From an uncultured Gammaproteobacteria bacterium (GTDB lineage Bacteria; Patescibacteriota; Patescibacteriia; SG8-24; DYFX01), in assembly GCA_964532415.1 (NCBI GenBank), contig CAZHHN010000003.1, forward strand, positions 3,777-67,776: a stretch of 64,000 bases of DNA. Direction: 5' to 3'. The notes under the pieces were generated by a model. That model ran no database searches and was not told the origin of the DNA. It worked only from the letters and a program-made list of their open reading frames with translations. A program made the position numbers and the translations under genes. Positions 1-9,317 of this stretch are shown here, piece after piece. Positions within the stretch are counted from its first letter, which is position 1. Every line of letters begins with the position of its first letter.

Positions 1-401
1 ATTCGATGGAGTTCGTTGCCAATCCGCGCAGGTCGACGGCGCCCGTCCGTCGTAAATTTCCGGGCAACACGACTACGTGCCAACGTCTTCGCAAAAGTGA
101 AGTCGGCGCTCGCTTCGGCGTTCGCGCCGTCCTTCGCTCCGGTCCTCGCCTAAGCGCGATTGACCCATCGCCCGGCAATATCTTCTAGCCGGATCCCGGT
201 GTCATAAGAAGGTCCGCCGCATGTTTCGCCCCGAGGCATGCGTTCCGGTTGGATCGGGGCGCGGACGCACGCCACTCGCCGCCTCTCTGCGTGTGCTCCG
301 GCCCGCGCCTTCGGGCGCGGCAAACCCGAGACGGCTATGCCTGTAGTGCGGAGTGTCCCATGAACCCCAGACGCGGGTGCGAATCCCGCCATCTCCACCA
401 G
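1..401 (+). ncRNA. ssrA: tmRNA (SsrA), 5' end cut by window edge
   Basis: 3' tRNA-like end at ~371-401: T-arm GCGGG-TGCGAAT-CCCGC, then acceptor strand CATCTCC, discriminator A, CCA (same layout as E. coli ssrA ...CCCCC-CGGCUCC-ACCA). Window starts ATTCGATGGAG, resembling the conserved AUUCGACGGG just 3' of the tmRNA 5' acceptor. ~400-nt length. Candidate tag reading frame ending ...FAPVLA-TAA near 92-154. Only junk ORFs otherwise. Confidence 0.55.
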
Positions 402-468
402 CAAAAATACCCATCGAAGATGGGTATTTTTGCCTGCACGATGGCTGCTCTCGCGACCATGATCTCCG

Positions 469-1101
469 TCATCGAACCGTTATTTTTCCCGTCGCCCGCT
501 CAGCGAAGACAACGAGCCGTTGGGAATACTGTCTGGCGCGCGTATCCCAGGTCCCGAAGCACGTGATCAGATTCAAACGCGCCTTGCCATCATTGGAAAG
601 AAAAACCTCCGTCGCATCGGCGGTGGCGGCGTACGTCCGTCTTTCGCGGACCGTGAAGGCCATGATCTTTCCCCGATCATCCTGCACGGAAATGACGTCG
701 CCCGGCCGCAACGCGTCCAGGCGTTTGAACACGGCATTCGCTCCATGCAGCCAATTCACGTGGCCGGCGAGCACGGCGCTCCCCTTCTCTCCCGGCTTGG
801 AACCCAACATGTACCAAGCGACGGCCCCGGGATCCTTAGGCACATCCATCGATCCGTCACCCGTCACCGTCACCTTCTCAATGGCCGCATCCACGCCGAC
901 AACGGGGATACTGAGGCGTGTGGGCATCCCGATGTCTTCCTGCGCGATGGATGCCGGCGGATTTTTGGCCGAGACGTGGAGCGGCGCCTCCATGCCGACC
1001 TCGACCCCGGAAACCGCTTTGCGGCGCAGAAAGAAACCAGAGAATATCAGGACGCCGCAGGCTGTCAGCATGCCGAGTACGACGGCTGTTTTTCGACGCA
1101 T
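469..1101 (-). CDS. sortase (Cys transpeptidase) with N-terminal membrane anchor
   Basis: 210 aa. N-terminal TM, conserved His (LAGHVNW), catalytic TLxTC motif (LNLITCFGTWD), downstream Arg (RLVVF). Last gene of a coupled surface-protein operon. Confidence 0.85.
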   Translation of the reverse strand: MRRKTAVVLGMLTACGVLIFSGFFLRRKAVSGVEVGMEAPLHVSAKNPPASIAQEDIGMPTRLSIPVVGVDAAIEKVTVTGDGSMDVPKDPGAVAWYMLGSKPGEKGSAVLAGHVNWLHGANAVFKRLDALRPGDVISVQDDRGKIMAFTVRERRTYAATADATEVFLSNDGKARLNLITCFGTWDTRARQYSQRLVVFAERATGKITVR

Positions 1102-1110
1102 CGGATCTTT

Positions 1111-3207
1111 TTACCGACGCGGCGCTTCCGTTTGTTCAGAAGCTTCGAGCTGATGTCGGCGTGACCGCAGCCGCGCCAGCGCATAGAGAAGGGCGGATAT
1201 CGAGATGAGGGGGAACGAAGTGATGAAAGCGTCCAGCGGTGTCGCGAACAGGCCGCGCGCGGCTTGCGCGAACGCCTGAAGGAACGTCGGCGGCCGTTCC
1301 GGTGCGGACGACGATCCGGCTTCCTCCCCGGTAGAGGTCGCGGGTTCCGTACCGGCCGTGGAAAGGGCCGGGAACGTCTTCGACGGGGGGATGAGCCTGG
1401 CCCGTGTCGTCAGGTCGAAAACGCCGCTCGACGGCAAGCCGACGCTTTTCTGATAGGCGGCGACAGCGAGACGCGTCAACGTCCCGAAATAACCCTTGGC
1501 GGCTCCGCGCGGCATTGTCAGTAAACCCTGCTGCTCAAGCGCCGTCTGAAGCTCGGTGACATCGCTGCCGGACGTACCGATGGCCAAAGACCGATGAGGC
1601 GCGGTGCCCACCCCAATCGTCCCATCATCTGTTAGGGCATCGGTGAAGACGACCCTCCGCAGGGGATAGACGCCGTTGACCTGGTTCCAGATGCCCTCGC
1701 ACGTGATGAGGTTCAGGTGCGCCAGCCCGTCATCAGAAGTGAAGACCGTCGTTGCGTCCGCATCGCGCTCGAACAGGGCAATCTTCCGTACCTTGAAGGC
1801 CAAGCGAGCGCCTTTGTCGTCGACGACGTACACCGCGTCGCCGATCTTGAGTTTATCCAAGTTGAAGAAGACGAAGGGTGTGCCGCTCTGGATCCCGAAA
1901 TGGCCGCCGATGACCGCGCTTCCTTCCTGCCCGGGATGGGGACCGAGCGCGAACCAAGCCACGTTCCTGGAACCTGCGGGCACGTCCATCCTCCCGTCCG
2001 GCGTCAACAGCGCGTCTTCGATCGCCGAATCCACGTTGATAGCCGGAATCCTGAGCCGCACCGGAAGTCCTTGAGGCAAGCCGCCGGGATCCCGTATATC
2101 GGAATAGGCAATGCTGTTCGGTCCGGTCATCGGGAACCTGGCGACCGGATATTTCCAGCCGGTTTCGAGGCTCAACCCGCCGTTTCGATGCAGCTCCGTC
2201 AGCGCCCGAGGATAAACTCCCGTAGCTAAAAGTCCGGCGCCGAGCAGCGCAAGGAACAGCCACTTCGCGCCGGTCATGCCTTTCTTCGGGGGAATACGCT
2301 TCGTCTTTTCCCGCGCCTCGAAGAAGCAGCCGAGCAGGAACGCCAGCATGACCGAAAGGATCCCCCAGATCACAATCTTCATACTCAGAACCTCGCCCGT
2401 TTCCGGGAATTTCGGACTGGCGGCGGCTGCAGTGGAAGTGGGAAAGGCGACCTTGACGGTGAGCGTGGCGCTGCCGATCGCCTTGAAGCCGTTGGCGTTA
2501 CCTCTGACGGTCACCGTGTTCGTCATGGTCCGTTTCAGGATCGTCGTACACGTGTAGATCCAGACTTCATGCGTGTCCAAAAGGCCGTTGCCGTTGACGT
2601 CGCCCAATTTACCCGACATGTCGCGACATTTATCGTCAATGACGGACACGTCCGCCAAGGGCACGTCGCCGGGATTACTGACCCGGTACGTAAACGTGAT
2701 CGGTCCGCCGTCGGTCGGCAGGGATAGGGGGTACGCGACTTTGGTGATGTTGATGATGCTGACCAGCGGCGGCGGGGTGTCCGAGCCAACGGCGACCGTT
2801 GTATAGGCCTCATGCTTCGCGACGATGCCGTTGGAGCTGCCCTTGGCCGTGGCCGTACTCCGCGTCGTCTCGGACAGCATGCTCGTGCAAACGTACCTCC
2901 AGGTTTCGCTCGATTCCAGCAGAGAGTTCCCGTTGTCGTCGCCGCCCGTGTAGACGAGCGGAGCGCAGGCGTTATCGACGACCTGCACGTCCGTCAAAGG
3001 CGCTTCTTCCAGAAAGCTTTTGACTGCGTAGTGATAAATGACTGCGCCCCCTTCCTTTGGCAACGCCAATGGTTCCGGCACTGACGTGATGCCTATCAGC
3101 GGAACGAACATGCCCGGACTCTCCTGGGCCAAAGCGCTTTTTGCGCCGAAGCACAGGATGATTGCGGCGATCAGGAGGAGAGCTCTGCCTTTGGTTTGAA
3201 TCGTCAT
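1111..3207 (-). CDS. DUF11-repeat surface protein with FPETG sorting signal, continuing in-frame into a sortase domain plus peptidoglycan-binding domain (possible fusion or missed stop)
   Basis: Start ATG at 3207 overlaps the upstream stop (ATGA). Signal peptide, two DUF11-type repeats (ITKVAYPLSLPTDGGPITFTYRVSNPGDVPL), then FPETG + hydrophobic stretch + REKTKR. With no stop it continues into a second TM, a sortase domain (LNLITCEGIWN), a PG_binding_1-like segment (GSDVTELQTALEQQGL...) and a C-terminal TM. Confidence 0.6.
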   Translation of the reverse strand: MTIQTKGRALLLIAAIILCFGAKSALAQESPGMFVPLIGITSVPEPLALPKEGGAVIYHYAVKSFLEEAPLTDVQVVDNACAPLVYTGGDDNGNSLLESSETWRYVCTSMLSETTRSTATAKGSSNGIVAKHEAYTTVAVGSDTPPPLVSIINITKVAYPLSLPTDGGPITFTYRVSNPGDVPLADVSVIDDKCRDMSGKLGDVNGNGLLDTHEVWIYTCTTILKRTMTNTVTVRGNANGFKAIGSATLTVKVAFPTSTAAAASPKFPETGEVLSMKIVIWGILSVMLAFLLGCFFEAREKTKRIPPKKGMTGAKWLFLALLGAGLLATGVYPRALTELHRNGGLSLETGWKYPVARFPMTGPNSIAYSDIRDPGGLPQGLPVRLRIPAINVDSAIEDALLTPDGRMDVPAGSRNVAWFALGPHPGQEGSAVIGGHFGIQSGTPFVFFNLDKLKIGDAVYVVDDKGARLAFKVRKIALFERDADATTVFTSDDGLAHLNLITCEGIWNQVNGVYPLRRVVFTDALTDDGTIGVGTAPHRSLAIGTSGSDVTELQTALEQQGLLTMPRGAAKGYFGTLTRLAVAAYQKSVGLPSSGVFDLTTRARLIPPSKTFPALSTAGTEPATSTGEEAGSSSAPERPPTFLQAFAQAARGLFATPLDAFITSFPLISISALLYALARLRSRRHQLEASEQTEAPRR

Positions 3208-5864
3208 ACGTGTGTCCGAAGAATGAAAGCGGACGCGAGCGCCGCAGCGAACGCTCCGAACATCGTCAGGAGCTTCCAAGTGGCGGCGCCCGGCTCGATG
3301 CCCGTATTCGGGAAGCCTGGGACGCTGCCGACCAAGACCCTGACAGTCGCGACATCGTACGCCCTCAGGAAGTTGCCCTCACCGCTGACCGAGATCGTGC
3401 TGGTCGTGCTCACTCGAAGCGTTTTGGTGCACGTATAGATCCAGGTCTCATCAATGCCGAGTTTCGCGTCGCCGTTAACGTCCCCGTTGACGTATTTCAC
3501 CGGACCGCAATCGTCATCGGAGACGCGCACGTTGCTCAGGGCCACGGCGCCAATGTTGGTGACGGCATGCGTATAGGTGACCGGTCCGCCACCGAAAGGC
3601 AGCGACAGGGGATCGGGTATCTTGGTGACGTGGATCAGCGGCGGGGGCAGGGCCGCGCCGACCACGACCGTGGCCTGAGCGCGATCAAGCGCCTTGAAGC
3701 CGTTGGCGACACCGGAGACGATGGCGACGTTCTGGGTCGTTTCCGACAGCATCGCATCGCATCGATACGTCCAGGTTTCGGCCGGATCGAGCTGCCCATC
3801 CGCATCGGCGTCGCCAGAGACCGGGCTTACGGCCGTGCATTTGTTGTCGACGAGCGTCACCCCGATCATCGGGATAGATCCCAGATTCTTGACGGTATAG
3901 GTGTAGGTCACCGGACCGGGTCCGGATGGCAAGGCTAATGGACTCGGAATCTTGGTCAGGCTGATCAAGGGCGATATAGACGCAGATCCCCCCCCGCCGC
4001 CTCCCCCACCCCCTCCGCCCGAAGATGGCGCAGGAACGGCGTTATCATTGTTAATAATCGTGCAGGTCTTGTGCTCGCCGATGGCCAGAGTGACGGTGCC
4101 GTTAGAATCGCAATCTCCGTCGATGCTCGAAGCGTAACCGGCGAAAAGATCTTCGCGAAGCGTATAGGCACCCGGAGCCAGGCCGTAGCTCGTTCCCGGA
4201 GCCAGTGCCCCTCCTGCCGGACTGCCGGCGACGTCGGCTCCGGCCAGCGTCACATGCACGATGAAACTCGGTGCCGTGGCGATGCCGCCGTCATCATTGA
4301 TGACAGCCGTGATGACCTTCAATGTGGCGGGGGGAGGCGTATCGATATCGGTAATCGTGCAGGTCTTGTGCTCGCCGGCGGCCAGCGTGACCGAGCCGCT
4401 CAGGTTGCAATCGCCGCTGACGCTTGAGGTATACCCCGGTAAGACGCTCTGGCTGACCGTATAGGTGCCCGGAACGAGTCCGAACGCCGTCCCGGGAGCC
4501 GGCGCTCCGGGACCCGGACTGCCGGCAATGTCCGCTCCGGAAAGTTTCACATGGACAGTGAAGCTTGAAGCTGTGGCGATGCCACCGTCATCATTGACGA
4601 CATTGGTGACGACATTCAAAGAGGCCGGGGATGGAGGCGTGGCTGGCGGACAAGCGGCACCGCCCACCGCACCGGTCATCTTATTGAAGCTCCATAGATA
4701 GCCGGCATCTCCCAAACCGTAGAAACATTCCCCGATCAGGGTATAGCCGTAGTCGAGCGTGTTGCCGCCGTTCACCGTCGGCCAAGTCTTAGGGCCGGTG
4801 AAATCCCGGCATTGGCTTTGCAGGGCGAAATCGTAACAGAATACGGCATTCTGCGTGGCGAAATACGTCCGCGTGCCATCCTGTACCTCTTCCCTGACGG
4901 ATCCCTGCGATCCGGCGCCGGCAAAAAGGCCGGGTGGTGGCGGCATTGGCGCCCGGGTGCCGATCTTCCAGCATGTCGCGCCTCCGGTGACCGTCGCCGC
5001 GACGCAGATGCCGGAGAGCGTGCCGGACGCGTCATAATTCCCGAAGATGGACGTGAAGCGCCTGGCGGCATCATTCGCTCCCAGGCTCGTCCAGCCATCG
5101 CAACGGGCGTTCGTCAGCGGATCGAAGCATGTCACGCGCGCGTTGTCGGCGATGATCGGCGATTGACCGCCGTAATTGACCAAAAGATAGATGCGCCCCT
5201 CGAGCACCTCCCGGATGACCAGGAAGGACGAGCCGGTATAGGCCGGCATGCCTTCTGTGGCGCCGATGATCGCGTAAGGCTGTCCCGGGCAGGCGGCCTG
5301 CGTCGCGGTGTCGAAGCAATAGGCCCGAAGGTCACGGCCGATCTCGTACAGGCGCGTGCCGGACTGCTCAAGCCCGTCGATCGTGGCCGTAAAGGTCCCG
5401 CCGACGCTCGGCAGGCTTCCGAGCCGGAAATAGCCGCAGTTGGTGCCAGTTTCAAGATCAAAGCAGCTGATTCCGTTATCGGTGGGACGCTGCGCGGCGT
5501 AATACAGCCGTGACGTGACCTGCACGTACCTGGGATGCGTCGAGGTTGAGATATCCGTCGGCCCCGTGTTCGACGTACCGGGCGCGGAACTGAAATATTT
5601 GGGATAGCCCCCGCACAGCTGATCCGTATGCGCGATGACGCAATTGATGTTATAAACGGGGGTCGGCGTGCCGCTCGGAGATTGGTGATGATAAATGGAG
5701 TAGATCCGTTCCTCGCCGCTCTGCATCGTATAGATGATCGGCGTATAGCCGTCCCCTCCCGTTGGGCTGTTGATATTGAAAGCGCGGGCGCCAATGACGC
5801 CCATCAAGCTGAATGCGATCGCTAAGAATACGACCCCTCCCGCCAGCCTTTTGATATAACGCAT
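3204..5864 (-). CDS. large sortase-substrate surface protein (signal peptide, Cys-repeat propeller-like region, two prealbumin/SpaA-like domains, poly-Gly linker, two DUF11 repeats, FPNTG sorting signal)
   Basis: 886 aa. N-terminal signal peptide. Repeated CFD...C segments. Duplicated VINDDGGIATA...GEHKTCTI domains. G13 linker. LTKIPSPLALPSGPGPVTYTYTVKN DUF11 motifs. C-terminal FPNTG + TM + RTHV. Confidence 0.7.
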   Translation of the reverse strand: MRYIKRLAGGVVFLAIAFSLMGVIGARAFNINSPTGGDGYTPIIYTMQSGEERIYSIYHHQSPSGTPTPVYNINCVIAHTDQLCGGYPKYFSSAPGTSNTGPTDISTSTHPRYVQVTSRLYYAAQRPTDNGISCFDLETGTNCGYFRLGSLPSVGGTFTATIDGLEQSGTRLYEIGRDLRAYCFDTATQAACPGQPYAIIGATEGMPAYTGSSFLVIREVLEGRIYLLVNYGGQSPIIADNARVTCFDPLTNARCDGWTSLGANDAARRFTSIFGNYDASGTLSGICVAATVTGGATCWKIGTRAPMPPPPGLFAGAGSQGSVREEVQDGTRTYFATQNAVFCYDFALQSQCRDFTGPKTWPTVNGGNTLDYGYTLIGECFYGLGDAGYLWSFNKMTGAVGGAACPPATPPSPASLNVVTNVVNDDGGIATASSFTVHVKLSGADIAGSPGPGAPAPGTAFGLVPGTYTVSQSVLPGYTSSVSGDCNLSGSVTLAAGEHKTCTITDIDTPPPATLKVITAVINDDGGIATAPSFIVHVTLAGADVAGSPAGGALAPGTSYGLAPGAYTLREDLFAGYASSIDGDCDSNGTVTLAIGEHKTCTIINNDNAVPAPSSGGGGGGGGGGGSASISPLISLTKIPSPLALPSGPGPVTYTYTVKNLGSIPMIGVTLVDNKCTAVSPVSGDADADGQLDPAETWTYRCDAMLSETTQNVAIVSGVANGFKALDRAQATVVVGAALPPPLIHVTKIPDPLSLPFGGGPVTYTHAVTNIGAVALSNVRVSDDDCGPVKYVNGDVNGDAKLGIDETWIYTCTKTLRVSTTSTISVSGEGNFLRAYDVATVRVLVGSVPGFPNTGIEPGAATWKLLTMFGAFAAALASAFILRTHV
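4040..4650. repeat. intragenic ~300-bp tandem duplication (two prealbumin-like domains) preceded by a G13-coding C/G-rich tract
   Basis: atcgtgcaggtcttgtgctcgccg...ccgtcatcattga blocks repeated at ~4040-4340 and ~4340-4640. C-rich run 3985-4030 includes a C7 homopolymer. Confidence 0.6.
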
Positions 5865-6124
5865 GCACTTCTTTATGAAATGCCGGCGGGAAATTAAAGT
5901 CCTCGGGCCGCGACAGCAACGTGTCTAAATAAGATGTAGAAGGAACTGCCTCCTCAGTGTATCACCTCTCCTCTATATAGCATACACCGGACAAAAGTCC
6001 GTCACGACCGGCTAGCGATTGACTACGCATTCCCCTATCGGGTGCCAATGTCCCGGCGGCATCTCCACCATCAAAAGAATCGCTCAAACAAGCGGTGCTT
6101 TTGTATCTCTGCAGATCGGAAGAT

Positions 6125-6394
6125 ATGGACCTCTCCCCTCCCATCCATTACGCTTCAGCCATGGACCCCATCAAACTCTCGCACGAAGAAATGAAGAAGC
6201 TCCTCTATGGCATCAAAAGCCTGGACGAGCAGCAGCGCGCGCTGATCGGGGAAACGCTCGCCGGACTCCTCAGACAGCATGGCCACATCTGGCCCGAAGA
6301 CCTGCATCGCGAACTCCGGCGCCTGCACGACGCGCACCGGATTTCCGACCTGGACCGGGAGAGCGTGACCGAAGCGTTGTTCCCGGCAAGCTAA
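6125..6394 (+). CDS. small hypothetical protein (89 aa)
   Basis: ATG at 6125 preceded by GGAAG. Lower-GC promoter region upstream. Followed immediately by a perfect hairpin terminator. No recognisable family. Confidence 0.4.
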   Translation: MDLSPPIHYASAMDPIKLSHEEMKKLLYGIKSLDEQQRALIGETLAGLLRQHGHIWPEDLHRELRRLHDAHRISDLDRESVTEALFPAS

Positions 6395-6417
6395 AAAGCC
6401 CCTCGCGGGGCTTTTCC
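6393..6417. terminator. bidirectional intrinsic terminator shared by convergent genes
   Basis: aaaaaGCCCCTCGCGGGGCttttc: perfect GC stem with A-run on one side and T-run on the other. Confidence 0.7.
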
Positions 6418-6428
6418 CGTCCTTCGTC

Positions 6429-9188
6429 TCAATGCCCCATGGCCGTCAGGCCTTCGGCATTGGTCACGACGCGGATGCCGGTCGATTGGATGTAGGCGAG
6501 GATCTGGGCGAGGATTTCGGGCGTGGTGCTGTACTGCAGGCCGCTGTGATCGATGTCATGGAGTTCGAGGATCAGCCAGGTCCGATCGGCCAGGGCCTGA
6601 TCGATCCAGCCCTTGATCTGGTCGATGGTCGTGTTCGATTCGACGTGCTGGTCTTCGAGTTCGAACGGGTTGGTGTTCCTGCTGTTGAAACCCTGACGCA
6701 CGCTGCGAGCGCCGCGGTAACCGGCAACGACGACGGCCTGCTCGACGGCGTTGTTGAATTCGCCGTACGGATAGGCGAAGGTCGAAGGATCCATGCCGAG
6801 CGCCGCCAGATCGCTGCGCGCGCCCGCCACCTCGGAGGTCACCTCGGCCGGCGCAAGCTGCGTCAGGTGCGCGTGCGTGCGGGTGTGCGAGCCGATCTCG
6901 TGACCGGCGGAGCGCATGGCGGCCGTCTGGCTCTGGTCGACGTTGCCGCTCAGACCAAAGCTGCCGGTAATGATGTACTGCGTGCTGCGGATGCCGGCGG
7001 CGTCGAGCAGCGGAACGGCGTTCTGATAGACGCTCGTGAGGCCGTCATCGAAGTCCAGCGAGATCATGCCGGCGTCGAACCGGCCGTCGGGCAGTTTTTT
7101 GAGCGAGAAGCTGTCGGTCGTCAATGTGCCGACGCTCTTGATCAAATGAATGGCCGTCATCGACACGGCGTGCGCAGGGACGACGAAACGATCGGCGGCC
7201 TTGGTCCATCCGTCGGCGGACGCAAGGTCCAGGAGATCGAGATAGTCATAATGCCCGTCGTCGAACAGGAACTGCAGCGTGACGAGGCTCGGCGCGGTCG
7301 CCTTGTATTCATCGGAAAACTCGTAGCTCGCGCCGGGCGTGACCGGCACGGGCTGGAAATACCACTTGGCGCCGGAGCCCGAAACGTACGACGTGACGTT
7401 CACCTGCGCCGCGGCCGCGCCGGACTGCCCCGAAACGGGATACGCAAAGCCGGCCTGCGTGCCCGGCGAAGCGGTCCTGAACCAAAAGGCCGGCAGGCCG
7501 GATGCACCAGCAGCGGGCGTCTCAAACGAAGCGTTGACGACGAGGTTATCTGGATCGACGGGCGGCGGCACGTACTGAACGAGCCGGTGCGCGTCGGTCG
7601 CGATCCATCCGACCGATTTGATGAGATGGAAAACGGTCAGCGCGGCGACCGGCGCAGCGTACGACGTCGGGACGGTGAAGGTGCGCGATAGCTCCGTCCA
7701 GACGGATGCGGCCGGCAGGTGCAGCGCGATGTCGGCATACTTGTAGGTGCCGTCCTGCAGGCGATATTGGACCGTCAGGGAGCTCTCGACATTCGACGTG
7801 TAGGCGTCGGAGAACGTGTAGGACTGCCCGCCCGTCACAGCGACCGGCTGAAAGTACCATTTGGCGTCGCCGTTCGTGTAGCCGGTGATTTCCGTTCTTA
7901 TGGCCTTGGCGCCGTCGAAGCCGGCGACCGGATAGGTCAACAGGCGCGTGTTGGCGCCCGAACCGCCTTTCAACCAGCCGACCGGCACGCCGGGAACGGA
8001 CGAAGCTGATTCGACCGAGGGATTCGCGATCAGGTTGGCCGCGGGAGTCAGGAGAGGCGCGATGTCGTCATTGACGATCGTGCACTGTTTGACCGCGTCC
8101 ATGGCGACGGAGACCGAACCGTCCGACGCGCAGTCGCCGGTCACGGTCGATGCGTAGCCGGCATCGGTGATTTCCGAGACGACGTGAGTGCCGGCCTCGA
8201 CAGAGTTCGGCGCTCCGCTCACGACGTTGGCCGCATCGATGAAAGTCGGAAACTCGGCGGCCGTTTTCACACCGCCGTCGTCGTTGATGACGGACACCTG
8301 CACGATGAGCGTGCCGCCGGCATGGTTGCGCGTCTCGACCTGAATCGGCGTGGAAGTCGCGCTGTTCATGGCGGCATCATGCGCCACGACGAACACGCTA
8401 TGGAGGCCGTCGTCTTCCCCACCCGTATCCCAGGCAAAAGCGTAGGGAGCCGAGCCGATTTCATTGCCCGTTTTCAGGCCATCAACGTACAACTGCACGC
8501 CGGTCACGCCGACGTCGTCGCTCGCGGTCGCCGACAGGACGATCACGCCGGTGGCGGGCTGCGGACTGACCGGGGCAAGTGTCACCGTCGGCGAAATCGT
8601 GTCGACGGTTTGCAGGCGGTAATTGTCGGTGACGACCCAGCCGACGGATTTGATCGCGTGGAAAATCGACACGTTCACGACCGGCGAACCGTAATTCTTC
8701 GGCACCGTGAAAGTTTTGGCAGCCTGAGTCCAGTTCGAAGCCGGCGGCAGTCCGGCAAAAAGAACGGGATAACGGTAAGTACCGTCCTGCAGCTGGTATT
8801 GGATCGTCACGACGGTCGTGGCGCTTGAGGTATACCAATCGGAGAAGGCCAGTGTTTGGCCGCCCGACACGCTGACCGGCTGGAAGTACCACTTGGCATC
8901 GCCGTCGGTGTAGCTCGCGATCTCCGTTTTCATCGCTTTGGCCCCATCGATGCCGGCGACCGGATAGGTCAGCGAACGGTTATTGGAACCGAAGCCGCCC
9001 TTCAGCCATGCCAACGGCAGTCCCGCTTTCGATGATGCCGTTTCCGCCGAAGCGTTGGCGATCAGGTTGGCGTCGGCGGCGCGGGCGGGCAAAGCGACGA
9101 ACATCCAAAAAAGAAACAGCGGACCGATGAGCACGCCGAGCGGGATGGACTGCCTTGTATGCCGCCACAGAGACGATCGGTTGCGCAT
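6429..9188 (-). CDS. secreted polysaccharide deacetylase (CE4/NodB domain) with three tandem CBM-like modules and prealbumin-like/Ig-like domains
   Basis: C-terminal NodB-like region (ISLDFDDGLTSVY...GHEIGSHTRTHAHL...AYPYGEF). Three ~190-aa repeats (LIANASAE...WLKGGFG...KWYFQPV...). One VINDDGGVKTA...CTIVNDD domain. Probable start at MRNRSS (9188) with signal/TM. Confidence 0.7.
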   Translation of the reverse strand: MRNRSSLWRHTRQSIPLGVLIGPLFLFWMFVALPARAADANLIANASAETASSKAGLPLAWLKGGFGSNNRSLTYPVAGIDGAKAMKTEIASYTDGDAKWYFQPVSVSGGQTLAFSDWYTSSATTVVTIQYQLQDGTYRYPVLFAGLPPASNWTQAAKTFTVPKNYGSPVVNVSIFHAIKSVGWVVTDNYRLQTVDTISPTVTLAPVSPQPATGVIVLSATASDDVGVTGVQLYVDGLKTGNEIGSAPYAFAWDTGGEDDGLHSVFVVAHDAAMNSATSTPIQVETRNHAGGTLIVQVSVINDDGGVKTAAEFPTFIDAANVVSGAPNSVEAGTHVVSEITDAGYASTVTGDCASDGSVSVAMDAVKQCTIVNDDIAPLLTPAANLIANPSVESASSVPGVPVGWLKGGSGANTRLLTYPVAGFDGAKAIRTEITGYTNGDAKWYFQPVAVTGGQSYTFSDAYTSNVESSLTVQYRLQDGTYKYADIALHLPAASVWTELSRTFTVPTSYAAPVAALTVFHLIKSVGWIATDAHRLVQYVPPPVDPDNLVVNASFETPAAGASGLPAFWFRTASPGTQAGFAYPVSGQSGAAAAQVNVTSYVSGSGAKWYFQPVPVTPGASYEFSDEYKATAPSLVTLQFLFDDGHYDYLDLLDLASADGWTKAADRFVVPAHAVSMTAIHLIKSVGTLTTDSFSLKKLPDGRFDAGMISLDFDDGLTSVYQNAVPLLDAAGIRSTQYIITGSFGLSGNVDQSQTAAMRSAGHEIGSHTRTHAHLTQLAPAEVTSEVAGARSDLAALGMDPSTFAYPYGEFNNAVEQAVVVAGYRGARSVRQGFNSRNTNPFELEDQHVESNTTIDQIKGWIDQALADRTWLILELHDIDHSGLQYSTTPEILAQILAYIQSTGIRVVTNAEGLTAMGH

Positions 9189-9317
9189 CTTACTGATGAG
9201 GATAAGTACCGCGAGGATAGCCCGGAACGGCCCTCTCGTCAAGCGCGCAGACCCGCCCGCGCCGTCAACCGAAAAAGCCCGGGCCAAAGGCCCGGACCTT
9301 TTCCGTCCTTCCGGTGC

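Noticed and set aside
918-1208. small + strand ORFs overlapping sortase genes (e.g. 918-1208, 353-1153)
   Set aside because: Antisense or overlapping out-of-frame to the sortase with clear catalytic motifs.
6432-7691. 419-aa + strand ORF
   Set aside because: Antisense to the CE4 deacetylase gene; Arg/Gly/Asp-rich without structure.
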